From NCBI RefSeq assembly GCF_010671925.1, contig NZ_JAAHIH010000001.1, positions 741,053 to 805,052 on the forward strand: a stretch of 64,000 nucleotides of DNA, given 5' to 3'. Shown here piece after piece: positions 54,101 to 63,290 of the stretch (position 1 is the stretch's first letter; each line of letters begins with the position of its first letter). Below the pieces are notes generated by a model, which was given only the letters and a program-made list of their open reading frames with translations, was not told the origin of the DNA and did not search any database. Made by a program: the position numbers and the translations under genes. The DNA is from Moorena sp. SIOASIH. GTDB lineage: Bacteria; Cyanobacteriota; Cyanobacteriia; Cyanobacteriales; Coleofasciculaceae.

Positions 54101-55174
54101 GACCCTGATAGCATGATTTCGGTGGCAGCCAGGGGAGGTAGCCAGGCGGGAGACTTGACAGTAACAACCGAAAACCTAACTGTCGAAGATGGAACCAAAA
54201 TCTCAGTAAGCGCTGTTCCATTAACTCAGAATGGTTTTCCAGAAACCGATGTGGATGAGAGCGAGTTAGGAGTAGCTGGCACACTAAGCATTAAGGCTGA
54301 GTCTCTAACCCTAGACAACGGCCAACTTGTAGCTGCTACTGGCAAACAAACCAACAACGAACAAGCAGCAACTATCGAAATCAATGTACCGGGAGTGATT
54401 ATACTCGATAACAACAGCCTAATTTTGGCTAGCGCTATAGGTGATGCCAATGGTGGAAATATCGACATTTCTGGTGGAGTATTAGTAGCGCTGCCTCTAA
54501 CTAATGATGACAAAGGTAGCGATATATTTGCTAATGCTCAGCAAGGGGATGGTGGAAAAATTAACATCACCCTGCAAGGCTTATTCAATATGAAGGTACT
54601 CGAAGATACCAGTGCCTTTATCGACTCATCTGGAAATATAATCGAATCCTTAGCTTTTGAGAATAATGATAGTGAAATAGCAGCTCTGAGCTTGAGCAGT
54701 GGTGAATCTGGGACTGTGACCAGGGATATTACCGGCTCAGCACAGGATCCTGAGAACTTACCAACATCACTAGTTGACCCTTCAGCATTAATTGTTGCCA
54801 ACTGTGCCAGTAGTGGAAAAGCAGCGGTAGATGAACTGGGTGAATTCATTATTACTGGACGAGGTGGCTTACCCCCGAGTCCCCTAGACCCAATGAATAG
54901 CCAGTCTGTATGGGTAGATTTGAGAATCCTTGATCCTCAACAAGAGAACATCGAAGAAGCTACGTCTACTCCTACCCCTGAGGTCAGTTACTTGCCCATG
55001 AGAGGGAAACGCCGCACTGCCGAGACTCCTACTCCTGCTCGTCCGAAGAAAATTGTGGAAGCTCAGGGTTGGACTGTTGGGGAGGATGGTACAATTATCC
55101 TGACGGCTCAACCGAATCATGTTACTCCTAAGAGTAATTGGTATATTCCTAGGTCTTGTGGTAGCAAGGGTTGA
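51167..55174 (+). CDS. Two-partner-secretion (TPS, filamentous-haemagglutinin N-terminal) domain exoprotein with a parallel beta-helix repeat body and an internal coiled-coil segment. 1335 aa.
   Basis: Signal peptide present. TPS domain reads GKIVDLIKGGAIRDINLFHSFLEFNV...NILSRVTGANPSNILGTL...ANLFLINPNGIFFG. Beta-helix units GxIxITA...L recur dozens of times. A coiled coil spans aa ~900-960 (ESQKRQLDNEDNKLNRENRKLIKKLDELQENQNQL...). Confidence 0.85.
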   Translation: MALDVLKRYNTQLWLALCLAISGAYAFPINQANAQITPDTTLPTGERSELDLGSGEVNGKIVDLIKGGAIRDINLFHSFLEFNVENGQRVYFANPAGIENILSRVTGANPSNILGTLGVDGGANLFLINPNGIFFGDKAKLDVSGSFVGTTADGIGFGNQGVFSASNPEPPSPLLTVNPNVFFFNQIPGNITSQANLEKLAVDNLLLLGGDVEVKDSKISTNQGGNILLAGLGAPGQVALTRDGDKLGLGFPDGVNKGNVVITNSAIETFVAKDSNVDGGEIRIIADSLEVENSENKTDRGIFTKTENNGQKSGDISISADNSVLIKSTAREKRQGIFTTTEQEGGEGGKITIDTGSLTVETAEIEQGIFTTTKGNGQKGGDIIITADDSVSIIASNTGNQHGIFTLTTNANEGELKGGPGGSIQITAGSLVIESRRQNPGISAITGGDGDSGSITIDVTGDVLLKRQGTIKTEQRNSKTKGSVGNISLKVNGNVTLADYSRIKSQNSGKGTGGKVTILAGGAVEVKYDSKIESIAQKEAEGNSGSIEIEADSLLLDARKDPSNPESERGLVQITTKTESKTTGDGGDINIRVGSLTMIGPNKSGSSGITANTSGDGSAGKITIIVEGDFIMKDRAKIEAKSEKGATGNGNDIIIEAGSLFLSNRSFITTEARPNSKGNPGNITITAKDKIELNNSDIEALVRAGAGNPETAKNTPGGVGNITITARSLSLKNGGKLEAFTQGKLPAGNITVNATDFVEVSGKNANRIVTETRLGAQSVGDNEPKGGKINITTGKLTVSNDSFISTRSIGKFQGGEIEIKAKEVEVTEGGKIISTALNSSPFEIVGITEGGELETKPLSEDNGDPGNAGTITINASEQVIVSGSAPDSSSERIAIINNILESQKRQLDNEDNKLNRENRKLIKKLDELQENQNQLTEADIKNLEEEIEEIEQKIQDIEIRKNEIKLEISNAVLVRFDDDPDSMISVAARGGSQAGDLTVTTENLTVEDGTKISVSAVPLTQNGFPETDVDESELGVAGTLSIKAESLTLDNGQLVAATGKQTNNEQAATIEINVPGVIILDNNSLILASAIGDANGGNIDISGGVLVALPLTNDDKGSDIFANAQQGDGGKINITLQGLFNMKVLEDTSAFIDSSGNIIESLAFENNDSEIAALSLSSGESGTVTRDITGSAQDPENLPTSLVDPSALIVANCASSGKAAVDELGEFIITGRGGLPPSPLDPMNSQSVWVDLRILDPQQENIEEATSTPTPEVSYLPMRGKRRTAETPTPARPKKIVEAQGWTVGEDGTIILTAQPNHVTPKSNWYIPRSCGSKG

Positions 55175-55608
55175 AGCAGTTGACCAAAAATTTTGGGTTT
55201 CAAGCCCCGTCCTTCGTTCGACGGCTTTTAAGTAAAGTGTGATAGAATAAACATGTAGCCTAGTACAGGCAGGATTCGTCGGTACTGCCAATTTCAAACA
55301 ACGACGTAAAGCGATACTAGTACACGAGGAGCGTGCATACCTCGCCAAAACCCATGGATCTGCCACAGATACCGAAACCCCAGTAAAATAACCTTTTAAA
55401 ACTAAACGTACCGTGGGGCACACGGGAACGGGGGAGACCCAACGCTTAGGGAGATAAGCCCACGCTCGTTTAGTTAAATTAGGCTCGATATGCGCGTTTT
55501 TAAACGGGTATTTGGCTTAAGTACTGCCTTTGCTGGATAACTAATTTTAAGGCGTGTCGTAGAACTAAGAATCCCCGCTCTTATAGGGCGGGGAGTGTCA
55601 AAGTGATA

Positions 55609-55759
55609 CACGCTATGTATGCGATCGCGTGGGTGCAGTATTAGGACTTACGCAAATCCCTCAATTTAACGCTACCTGTAGGGTGGGCAAGGTTTTGCCC
55701 ACCCTACCCATGGATTATGTGCGTAAGTCCTGAGTATATGCGATCGCATACATAGCGTG
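55609..55759. repeat. ~150-nt nested palindrome with three concentric stems. The outer arms carry HIP1 GCGATCGC.
   Basis: Three stem pairs: CACGCTATGTATGCGATCGC with GCGATCGCATACATAGCGTG; AGGACTTACGCA with TGCGTAAGTCCT; GTAGGGTGGGCAA-GGTT-TTGCCCACCCTAC. Confidence 0.85.
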
Positions 55760-55911
55760 TATGATGTTAGTCTAGTTATCCTGGTAGTGCAGCCAATATG
55801 CCTGCACTACGGTTCACAACTGATTTACAATTGCTATAGTGATTGTTGCGATTTTTGAAACCCTTGGACTTGGATTCACCTTGGATTTGAGATAAGGGCT
55901 AATAATTCGGT

Positions 55912-56526
55912 ATGATAGACGGTTTAGCAAGATTCCGATACAGGACTATTACATATAGTTGCTGTGTAAGGTGCAGATTTGTTTCCAAATGCCTATTGAT
56001 TCTGGTCGGCTTACTGAGCTGCTGGTATCTACTGGGAACACCATCAGCATTAGCAAGTTTCGATGATGACAGCTATGATGGTAATATTTTTGCTCTGTAT
56101 GCTGGGAATGGCTCTATAGTCCCACCACGAATTACCTTAGAAGATTCTTTGCGCAGGAAAAAGCCAGCTTTGTTGGTGTTCTACGTAGATGACAGTAGGG
56201 ATTGCAAGCTATATTCTGTCACTATCTCTAAGTTACAGGGGCCTTATGGTAGGGCCGCGAGTTTTATTCCAGTCAACATCGACACTTTGTTACCCGAGGC
56301 TACCTATACACCGACAGAAGCGGGATACTACTACCAAGATTTAATTCCCCAGACAGTACTGATTGACCAAAAGGCAGAGGTAGTACTCAATGAAATTGGA
56401 CAAGTTGCTTATGAACAGATAGATGATGTGTTTCGGGAAGTGTTTAACTTACTGCCCCGTTCAGAATCTGTAGAGTTAAAGCTGCGCACTGTCAATGATA
56501 TTAATGCTCAGTTAACATCAGAGTGA
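55912..56526 (+). CDS. Hypothetical membrane-anchored protein, possibly a thioredoxin-like fold without CxxC.
   Basis: N-terminal hydrophobic anchor. No catalytic motif seen. The family assignment is tentative. Confidence 0.4.
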   Translation: MIDGLARFRYRTITYSCCVRCRFVSKCLLILVGLLSCWYLLGTPSALASFDDDSYDGNIFALYAGNGSIVPPRITLEDSLRRKKPALLVFYVDDSRDCKLYSVTISKLQGPYGRAASFIPVNIDTLLPEATYTPTEAGYYYQDLIPQTVLIDQKAEVVLNEIGQVAYEQIDDVFREVFNLLPRSESVELKLRTVNDINAQLTSE

Positions 56527-56681
56527 TTTAATTTGGCTACTGGTTAGACATCCATCCGATGAAACTCCCACAACTTAACATGAAGACAATTGTTTTAGTC
56601 ATGAGTGAACTGCAATTGCCGTTTACCCTATTTTTTGGTCACGTTTACGGGTTAAGCTATTTGTAAGTACAGTTAACATCC

Positions 56682-57296
56682 GTGCTGATGTCCAAGGTTT
56701 ACAGCACACAGGAGCTAATCAAAATTTTGGCTCAAGAGCGTCGTTCGTGCATGAATGGGCAACGTCTTAATCTGGCAGCTTCGGTGTCTGGTAACCCTGT
56801 GATTGATCGCTTTCTGAAACCGGAGGGAATTCAAAAGTTCAGTGCTTATAACGACTTTAAAGCCGCAGTTCACAGCTACCAACGGCAACACCAAGTTTCA
56901 GGCATTATTTGGCGGGAACTGACTATGAAAGGAAAGACTCTACGTTATCCTGCTATTGACGAGCAGTTAGCCGCCCTAGAGAGTGACCTGAAAATCCTGA
57001 AAGCTGCCAAAGCTGACCTCTTAGAGTTTTGGCATAGAGGCATCCAAGGTATGGACTTATACCTAAGTATTAATTTTGGTAGAGACTATCAAAAAATTAT
57101 GCCCAATGATGTACAAGAGGTCGCCCATAAAACGGAATGGGCAAATCTCTATGAATATAAGAATTACAACTTTTGGGAAATTATATTGCAGCTAGGTTGG
57201 GGGAAACCTGAGGAAGCATCCTATAAACGGGGATGGCCGACATCAGGAAGTGAGTACATTCATGCAGTTAATCCAGGCAAGCGCCCAATTTGTTGA
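56682..57296 (+). CDS. Hypothetical protein, 204 aa.
   Basis: ORF only. Confidence 0.4.
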   Translation: MLMSKVYSTQELIKILAQERRSCMNGQRLNLAASVSGNPVIDRFLKPEGIQKFSAYNDFKAAVHSYQRQHQVSGIIWRELTMKGKTLRYPAIDEQLAALESDLKILKAAKADLLEFWHRGIQGMDLYLSINFGRDYQKIMPNDVQEVAHKTEWANLYEYKNYNFWEIILQLGWGKPEEASYKRGWPTSGSEYIHAVNPGKRPIC

Positions 57297-57367
57297 CCGC
57301 TATCGCCAGGTCGATGGGTTGTGGGGTGCATAAAGCAGTATTATAAATAAACGAGGAGCGGTCAAAC

Positions 57368-57601
57368 ATGAAGGAACAAACTATTAATCAAGTTATTGAT
57401 CAACAAATAGAAGAATTGGACTATTCAATTCGACAGGAATTAACCAAGCTTGGCAATCAAGCCGCAAAGATGGGTTTAATTGGGGGACATGGTTATTACT
57501 TAGGAAGGTACGAAATTCTATGCAAAGGTCAAATATTCACCCTTTCACCAGAAGAAGCTTACTCTTACCTAAAAAAATTGGTAGCACAACACCAAAGGTA
57601 A
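57368..57601 (+). CDS. Hypothetical small protein, 77 aa.
   Basis: ORF only. Confidence 0.3.
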   Translation: MKEQTINQVIDQQIEELDYSIRQELTKLGNQAAKMGLIGGHGYYLGRYEILCKGQIFTLSPEEAYSYLKKLVAQHQR

Positions 57602-57674
57602 TTGGGAAACTATGAATTGTGAAGGATGAAGTGTGAAGGATGAGTTTTCATAATTCATCCTTCATCCTTTGGGA

Positions 57675-58547
57675 TTACCAGCGTGCCTGGGAACCAGACC
57701 AAATGTGTTCTACTGATTTACCATAAACCATAGGTTCATCCTCAAAGGTAAGAGCAGTGTAACCATTGGGTTCAACAGACCACATTGGCCAATACTCATT
57801 GCCCAACTCACCAGCCTTAAATAGCACTTGATCTGGATTAGCTTGACTCCAGCCTAGCAACAGTGCGTTAGTATAATGGATGCGCTCAGGAGCCAAGGTG
57901 GTCACCGTATTTTGGTTGCGATCCCAAATTACTGCGTAATCAGAACCATCTGACGTATTAAAAAAACCTTCAAATTGCCGCCCTAGAAGGCGATCGCTTG
58001 ACTCTGTCCAAGACACGGGAATCAGAATAGCGATTGCGCCGCTTAATTGATCATCATTATGATGGTTAGCTAAGGGAGAAGATGCAGTGATGATGCGCAA
58101 GTGTCCAGTCTGCAAATTTTCTAGAAACATCACACTACTGATGCGGCTGCGGTACAGTTCTGGCTGTGCTTGTAGTTGAATGCGACTATAGGCAGCATAC
58201 TTGCCATCGGGAGACACTAGTGATTGGCTGCGATAGTACCTAAACCCAAAACTCTGATTAGCAACCAGTTCAGCGTGGGTTTCCAAGACCCAATTCCAAG
58301 GAATAGGATAAGGGCTATTGAGTGGGTCACTCTGAACGTATGGTTCGGTTAGATCAGGTTTGATAGCTCCTGTTACTTCCCTTAAAGGCTGGGAAGATAG
58401 CACCGATGATTGACTGGCTACTAAGGATTCATTAGCCTTGGCTTTATCGACATATAGGCTAGATGTTATCAACATCAAAGTTGCTAACAAGAGTCCTAGT
58501 GGTTGATTTTTAAGCCATCCTGATAAACTCAATTGCCTTTTCAACAT
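57675..58547 (-). CDS. Hypothetical secreted protein, 290 aa.
   Basis: Signal peptide MLKRQLSLSGWLKNQPLGLLLATLMLITSSLYVDKAKA. Confidence 0.45.
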   Translation of the reverse strand: MLKRQLSLSGWLKNQPLGLLLATLMLITSSLYVDKAKANESLVASQSSVLSSQPLREVTGAIKPDLTEPYVQSDPLNSPYPIPWNWVLETHAELVANQSFGFRYYRSQSLVSPDGKYAAYSRIQLQAQPELYRSRISSVMFLENLQTGHLRIITASSPLANHHNDDQLSGAIAILIPVSWTESSDRLLGRQFEGFFNTSDGSDYAVIWDRNQNTVTTLAPERIHYTNALLLGWSQANPDQVLFKAGELGNEYWPMWSVEPNGYTALTFEDEPMVYGKSVEHIWSGSQARW

Positions 58548-59017
58548 TGATTAGTCTTTCAGTTACTAATTAGCGTTTCTAGTTAGAGGAGCAACCCCAA
58601 GAAACTAGAATATAGTTCCTTAAATTTAGGTGTAAAAGGTTAAAAAGTGATCAACTACCCCGTCCGAACCTGCATTACGAACGGGTTTTTTTACACTCAG
58701 TCAGTTGTCTAAACCCTCGAATATCAAGCTACCGAAGGCAGACAAAGAAAATAAGCCAGGGAAAAATAAAAAATTAACACTGAACCTTCCCCTAAGAGGT
58801 CTTGGCTGAAGTGGGTAGCCCTCACACAAAAGTTGTCAGGCTTGACATTGGAATTAACTGGTTGGTTTGGAGGTTTTAGTGTTATGATAGCCATTTGGAA
58901 TTCAACCTGGTTTTTTTGAATTCTTCTATAATGTAAAATACCTGCGCTTGACCCCTAACGGAGTACAATTGGAGCATCCTGCCTCATTATGTTGAAGGAG
59001 ATCTAACAAAATTCGGT

Positions 59018-59881
59018 GTGACTCAACCCGCTACTTCCAACACCAATACCAGACCTGAAACCTCAATAAGTATACTGAACTGCCTACTAATCTTAATTTT
59101 CAGGCTACTACTGCTAGGCGTAGGGAGTGGCTTGGCCGTGATATTTGGCATTGTTGTTGCCAATGGTTACCCTAACCCGAATCCAGAAAAACCCCTGATC
59201 TTAAAATTACTGGAGCATCTGGATAACAAGCGAGAATCAGCGTTTTTCAATTTTAGTTCAATTCGGGAACCAACGGAAGCCAATCTACTAAAACAATTGA
59301 CACCGGTTCAAAGAGTCCAGGTCAAAGCTCAGCTAAGTGATTTAGACAAGCGACTGAAGAGATTGAGTGAGGACGTGACAATGTTGGAAACTCAATTGGG
59401 AACCTCGGGAGGGAATGAATCTCTTGAAAGGCGCATCCAAGGGATCACTTTGCTTCTGAAGGAACCATCGACTCCAAGTAGCAATGCTCCATTAGTTGGT
59501 AATAGCAATGGCAATCGACTAGCTGCCTCGGCTGCCGACAAGTTGAAAGTCACGTTGCCCAGTGATATTTTATTTCAGGAAAGAAACAGTAAGTTACGTC
59601 CAGAAGCAGGTTTGATCCTAGACAAAATTGTCACAGATTTGCAAGCCTATCCCAGTAGTACAATCCGAATTGCTATCCACACCGACAACCCCCGCGAAGC
59701 CAAAGAGAATCGAAACCTTTCATTTGAGCGTGCCAAAGCAGTTCAGCAGTATCTTAGTAGCGCTTTAGACGATTCATACCGTTGGCTGATTATTGGCTAC
59801 GGAGAAACTCGTCCTCTGGTAGCTAATGATACTGAGGTTAATCAGCAACGCAATCGTAGGGTGGAAATTGCTGTGGATTAG
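59018..59881 (+). CDS. OmpA/MotB-domain protein with an N-terminal TM anchor and a coiled-coil linker.
   Basis: C-terminal OmpA-like motif FERAKAVQQYLSS...GYGETRPLVANDTEVNQQRNRRVEIAV. Confidence 0.7.
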   Translation: MTQPATSNTNTRPETSISILNCLLILIFRLLLLGVGSGLAVIFGIVVANGYPNPNPEKPLILKLLEHLDNKRESAFFNFSSIREPTEANLLKQLTPVQRVQVKAQLSDLDKRLKRLSEDVTMLETQLGTSGGNESLERRIQGITLLLKEPSTPSSNAPLVGNSNGNRLAASAADKLKVTLPSDILFQERNSKLRPEAGLILDKIVTDLQAYPSSTIRIAIHTDNPREAKENRNLSFERAKAVQQYLSSALDDSYRWLIIGYGETRPLVANDTEVNQQRNRRVEIAVD

Positions 59882-59894
59882 TCATTAGTTATAA

Positions 59895-60147
59895 GGTTAG
59901 AAGGTTATTTGGTTGAAAGTTATTTGGTTGTTTCCCTTGGGCGTCCCTTGTAGGGTAGGTTGAAGATTAGAGCCTTAACAACTCAAATCTGGATGTATAA
60001 CCAGCTAACTTTCAACCAGCTAACCTTCAACCAGCTAACCTTCAACCAGCTAACCTTGGCCAAAAGGCCACGCGTGCGCGTTCAACCAGCTAACCTTCAA
60101 CCAGCTAACCTTCAACCAGCTAACCTTCAACCAGCTAACCTTCAACC
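59895..60147. repeat. Composite repeat: (GGTTATTTGGTTGAA)n, then (CCAGCTAACCTTCAA)n, then the core GGCCAAAAGGCCACGCGTGCGCGTTC (60057-60086), then (CCAGCTAACCTTCAA)n. It sits immediately upstream of fmt.
   Basis: Read directly from the sequence. It is the inverse orientation of the copy at 39155-39245. Confidence 0.9.
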
Positions 60148-60170
60148 CATTAGTTATTGGTAATTTCTAG

Positions 60171-61172
60171 ATGCGAGTTGTATTCTTTGGTACTCCCCAA
60201 TTTGCTCTACCTTGTTTGGAAGGTTTGTTGAACCATCCTGAATTTGAGGTGGTGGGTGTGGTGACTCAGCCAGATAAGCGTCGAGGACGTGGTAACCAGC
60301 TGATTCCTTCCCCAGTGAAATCAATAGCATTAGCACATCAACTACCAGTTTGGCAACCGCAGCGCCTGAAAAAGCATAGGGAAACCCTAACTCAGCTAAG
60401 GCAGGTAAAGGCTGATGCTTTTGTCGTGGTTGCCTATGGGCAGATTCTCTCCCAAGAGATTTTGGATATGCCTACGGGAGGTTGTATCAATGTACATGGC
60501 TCAATTTTGCCTAAGTATAGGGGAGCAGCTCCGATCCAGTGGTGTCTTTATAATGGTGAAGCCCAAACGGGCATCACAACGATGTTGATGGATGCTGGAA
60601 TGGATACTGGAGCAATGCTCTTGAAAGCATATACACCAATTAGACTATTGGATAATGCCGAGGATTTGGCACAAACTCTGAGCAATTTGGGAGCTGATTT
60701 GCTGATTGAAACCCTCCTCAAGCAAGAGTTACAGGACATCCAACCAATTCCTCAAGATGACTCATTGGCTACCTATGCACCACTGATTCAAAAGTCAGAT
60801 TATGGCCTAGATTGGTCACGCTCTAACTTGGAGTTACACAATCAGATCCGGGGATTTTTCCCAAACTGTGTCACCTCATTTCGGGGTAAATCTCTGAAAA
60901 TCAGTGCCACTGTTCCCTTAGATTCGGCTTACTTATCCGAGTTGCCTTCACAGTTAAAAATGCGATCGCAGGAGTGGTCTAATCTTGATGTTGGTTCAGG
61001 TCGTCCTGGAGAAGTTGTCAAGATTGCCAAGGCAATCGGTCCAATTATTCAAACTGGAAATGGACTGTTGTTGTTGCAGCAAGTGCAATTAGCTGGCAAA
61101 CGTGCTCAATCTGCTTGGGATTTTGCCAATGGTATGCGTTTAGAAGTAGGAGAAGTTCTAGGTAATCCTTAG
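60171..61172 (+). CDS. fmt: Methionyl-tRNA formyltransferase.
   Basis: Translation contains [19 protein letters not shown] and [16 protein letters not shown]. Confidence 0.9.
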   Translation: MRVVFFGTPQFALPCLEGLLNHPEFEVVGVVTQPDKRRGRGNQLIPSPVKSIALAHQLPVWQPQRLKKHRETLTQLRQVKADAFVVVAYGQILSQEILDMPTGGCINVHGSILPKYRGAAPIQWCLYNGEAQTGITTMLMDAGMDTGAMLLKAYTPIRLLDNAEDLAQTLSNLGADLLIETLLKQELQDIQPIPQDDSLATYAPLIQKSDYGLDWSRSNLELHNQIRGFFPNCVTSFRGKSLKISATVPLDSAYLSELPSQLKMRSQEWSNLDVGSGRPGEVVKIAKAIGPIIQTGNGLLLLQQVQLAGKRAQSAWDFANGMRLEVGEVLGNP

Positions 61173-61556
61173 TTAGTTAGTTCCGGTTTTCAAGGGTTCG
61201 TAAAAGCGGCAAGAATCACAGGGTCCGTCTGGATTGACTGCACAACGAATCAATTCAGAGTGAGCATTGAAATAACAGCTGGCATCCCCAATCACCCAAC
61301 GCCCCTGGAGCAGGCTTTTTTCACTAGGGTGTCCAAAAGACTGCACATACAGAGCAATTTTATGCAAACGATAGCGCCCTGACTTAAGACAGTAGCGGTG
61401 GCGGCGCTCTAAAACTGTGTAGGTTTTACCTTTAAAGTCGAGATAGTTACCGGGTTGAGGTATCCAATCCAGTTGAACATTGCCAATGGTCTGACGTGGG
61501 TGGGTCAAAATTAACTCTGTCGGTAGAGAATCAGGCTCCATAGTGCTTATTGTCAT
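61173..61556 (-). CDS. Hypothetical Cys-containing protein, 127 aa.
   Basis: ORF convergent with fmt. A CDSC motif lies near the C-terminus. Confidence 0.4.
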   Translation of the reverse strand: MTISTMEPDSLPTELILTHPRQTIGNVQLDWIPQPGNYLDFKGKTYTVLERRHRYCLKSGRYRLHKIALYVQSFGHPSEKSLLQGRWVIGDASCYFNAHSELIRCAVNPDGPCDSCRFYEPLKTGTN

Positions 61557-61559
61557 TCA

Positions 61560-63290
61560 CGCTACAGTTGAATGGTATCGCAGGCTGTGGGCTGACTATC
61601 TAGCCCAACAGAATTCTACATAGAATTGTCCGGTTAAGTACAACATACTGCCGCTCTTCTTGAAGACTGGATTGATCAACGAAGTGATTAACCGGAGTTG
61701 ATATTACCCATAGTGACTACTCCCACATCAAATCAAAGATTATGATGTGGGCTTCTCAGATTTACAAATGAGACTTGCTGCTCGACGGCATCTTGTGCCA
61801 ATTTACCACAGCCATTGAGCGGCAGTCCAACCGCCAATAATCCACGATTTAAAATGTTGATGCCACTGTTCCAGTCCCTGTCAATTTTGACCTTACAACT
61901 GGAACAGTGATGAACGCGATTACTTAAACTTTTTTCAACTAATGAGCCACAATTAGAACACTCAATACTTGTTCCCCGTGGATTAACTTCCTGGACTAAC
62001 AAACCGCGTCTTACCGCTACTGCTTGTAATATCTCCAGGAATGCGCCCCAGGCTGCATCATGTATTGATTTAGCTAGTTTAGTTCTTGCGAGTCCTTTGA
62101 TATTTAAATTTTCGTGAGCATAATGGTCGTATTTACTGCATAACCAATGAGCAACTTGATAATGAAATTCTTTTCGGCAACGGGTTAAATGAAGATGCAA
62201 TAAAGCCACTTTCTTTTTGGCTTTTTCCCAGTTTTTAGACCCCTTGACACGGCGCGACATTACTTGTTGAGCTAAAGCCAATTTGTTTTGAGCCTTACGA
62301 TAAAACTGAGGAATAGGGATAGCTTCACCGTCTGAGGTGGTTAAAAATTTTTCTAAGCCAACGTCGATACCGACAGCAGATCTAACCGAATCCACAGGTA
62401 ACAGCTCAGGTACGGTATCATCTTTCATGGAAATGCAACAATACCAACCATTAGCCTTTTTGACGACAGTACACTGTTTAAGAGTAAATCCATCTGGTAT
62501 TGGTCTATGCATGACCACAGGTATTTGACCAATGCGACTGAGCAATAGAAAGCCATCTTTTAGATGCGCCCCCGCACGCGGGCTGTTCACACGTGGAAAC
62601 ACGAATGACCTTAATTGACCTTGTTTCTTGAAGCGAGGTCTTCCCCCGCGTAACCCATGCTTCACCGGCTTCCGCCATCTATCCCATGCTTTGTTGAGCC
62701 GTTGTAGGTTAACCTGCTGAGTTTCTGCGTAGATTTGTTTGTAATCAGGGAATAGCCGTTTAGTTTCCTTGAGAGCTGCCTGTTGGGTGTAATAGTTGAC
62801 CGCTTCTGGAATAACACCTATCGGCTCACTAATCAAGCTACATCTATCAATCGGTGAGCGAGTCCGATGGAGCCAATCAAGTCGTTGCCCTAGAGCATAG
62901 TTCCAGTGACGACGCAACAATTCGAGCCACCTTTCCATGATGGCTATCTGTTCGGGACTTGGTTTGATTCTGTAGCAGTACGTTAATATCACTATGCTAT
63001 TGTACCACTTACGTTCGCACCTCAAGCAGCGTCGGCTCTGCCGAAAGCGTGGCCGTAGGCCAATCGCGCAGGGTGACCTGCATATCAATCTTCTGTTTAG
63101 AACTTCCAGACGCTGTCGGGCAATTCCCCGGAGACGAAACCTTAGACAGGCTCGCCTTTATAAGCGACAGTCTGTGAGTCATAAGTTTAAGTTATATGAA
63201 ATAAGGCGAGCCTGTCTTACGGTAACTTCGTTCCCCGTTAAATGGGAGATTATAACGGGAGACCCCTTGCCCGTTTAGTTGGGTAATTAT
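61560..63290 (-). mobile_element. Second IS200/IS605-family TnpB-only element. The left end carries a subterminal hairpin at ~63142-63220. Boundaries are approximate.
   Basis: TnpB ORF plus a 15-bp inverted repeat AGACAGGCTCGCCTT/AAGGCGAGCCTGTCT upstream of the ORF. Confidence 0.5.
61733..62992 (-). CDS. tnpB: TnpB (OrfB_IS605)-family protein with an intact RuvC triad. The likely GTG start gives M/V-ILTYCYRIKPSPEQ; the ORF-track start at 63088 is probably an extension.
   Basis: Candidate RuvC triad residues sit in AVGIDVGL (Asp), AHENLNIKG (Glu) and DRDWNSGINILNRG (Asp). Zn ribbon is CSNCG...CSSCK. Confidence 0.8.
   Translation of the reverse strand: MILTYCYRIKPSPEQIAIMERWLELLRRHWNYALGQRLDWLHRTRSPIDRCSLISEPIGVIPEAVNYYTQQAALKETKRLFPDYKQIYAETQQVNLQRLNKAWDRWRKPVKHGLRGGRPRFKKQGQLRSFVFPRVNSPRAGAHLKDGFLLLSRIGQIPVVMHRPIPDGFTLKQCTVVKKANGWYCCISMKDDTVPELLPVDSVRSAVGIDVGLEKFLTTSDGEAIPIPQFYRKAQNKLALAQQVMSRRVKGSKNWEKAKKKVALLHLHLTRCRKEFHYQVAHWLCSKYDHYAHENLNIKGLARTKLAKSIHDAAWGAFLEILQAVAVRRGLLVQEVNPRGTSIECSNCGSLVEKSLSNRVHHCSSCKVKIDRDWNSGINILNRGLLAVGLPLNGCGKLAQDAVEQQVSFVNLRSPHHNL

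Noticed and set aside
51436-55423. A series of minus-strand ORFs (for example 52774-53337 and 54884-55423) within and just past the TPS gene.
   Set aside because: They are antisense to a repetitive beta-helix gene. Their compositions are Ser/Pro/Leu-rich frame artefacts.
59960-60163. 67-aa ORF reading MKIRALTTQIWMYNQLTFNQLTFNQ….
   Set aside because: It is a translation of the (CCAGCTAACCTTCAA)n array and core repeat, not a gene.
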